The notes beneath the pieces were generated by a model. That model saw only the letters and a program-made list of their open reading frames with translations, ran no database searches and was not told the DNA's origin. A stretch of 59,840 bases of DNA from Chara braunii (Eukaryota > Plantae > Charophyceae): NCBI GenBank assembly GCA_003427395.1, contig BFEA01000004.1:6681158-6740997 (forward strand), in the 5' to 3' direction. This document shows positions 59,564 through 59,840 of the stretch, piece by piece (within the stretch, counting starts at the first letter, position 1; the number at the start of each line of letters is the position of its first letter). The position numbers and the translations under genes were made by a program.

Positions 59564-59685
59564 GGGCCTCGCTCCAGTACTCAGGACATGCACAAAAGAC
59601 AAAAAATATGGAGGTGCATCTTCCCATGTTTCTGGCAAATATTCATTCTCGTTTTGCACACTTGGTGAGTAGTGGAGCGAGACCC
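59564..59685. mobile_element. Tourist-like MITE family A
   Basis: gggcctcgctccagtactca ... tgagtagtggagcgagaccc with AAT/AAT TSD. Confidence 0.75.
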
Positions 59686-59840
59686 AATAATTCATGTGTC
59701 TTAAGTGTCCTAAAGTGTCCTTAAAAATTGAGTGTTCTTACTGTCCTCCTTGACAATCGTTTTTGTGTTCTTACCGTCCTCCATCTGGGTTGCAGTCGAA
59801 CGGTGGGATTTGTGATGGTGTTGGATTTGAAGTGTAGGGT

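Overview
Repeat-rich eukaryotic draft-assembly window with 8 N-gaps, many microsatellites and two Nextera mate-pair adapter remnants. The gene and transposon content suggest a green plant or streptophyte alga, possibly Chara-like (inference only). The one clear host gene is an HMA5-like P1B Cu(I)-ATPase on the minus strand, with 4 coding exons between 18393 and 2133; its 3' exons were not found and probably lie beyond the left edge. It carries very large in-frame insertions. The most interesting system is a pair of permuted Penelope-like retroelements (N-terminal GIY-YIG, CxC linker, then RT; Chlamys/Naiad type). The near-complete copy (36177-41657, +) has ~125-bp terminal direct repeats and an intact upstream ORF with a CCHC zinc knuckle, coiled coil and SAP-like motif. 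That ORF is separated from EN-RT by a single in-frame TGA. The RT has an LIDD catalytic motif, and a canonical minimal hammerhead ribozyme sits in the 3' UTR. Also present: L1/Tx1-like LINE 3' fragments; a ~13-copy structured ~65-nt element with covarying stems, often followed by poly(A); two U6 snRNA pseudogenes; tRNA-derived heads; a Gag fragment; and several MITE families (TTAA-flanked, Tourist-like, Tc2/pogo-like, Mutator-like).
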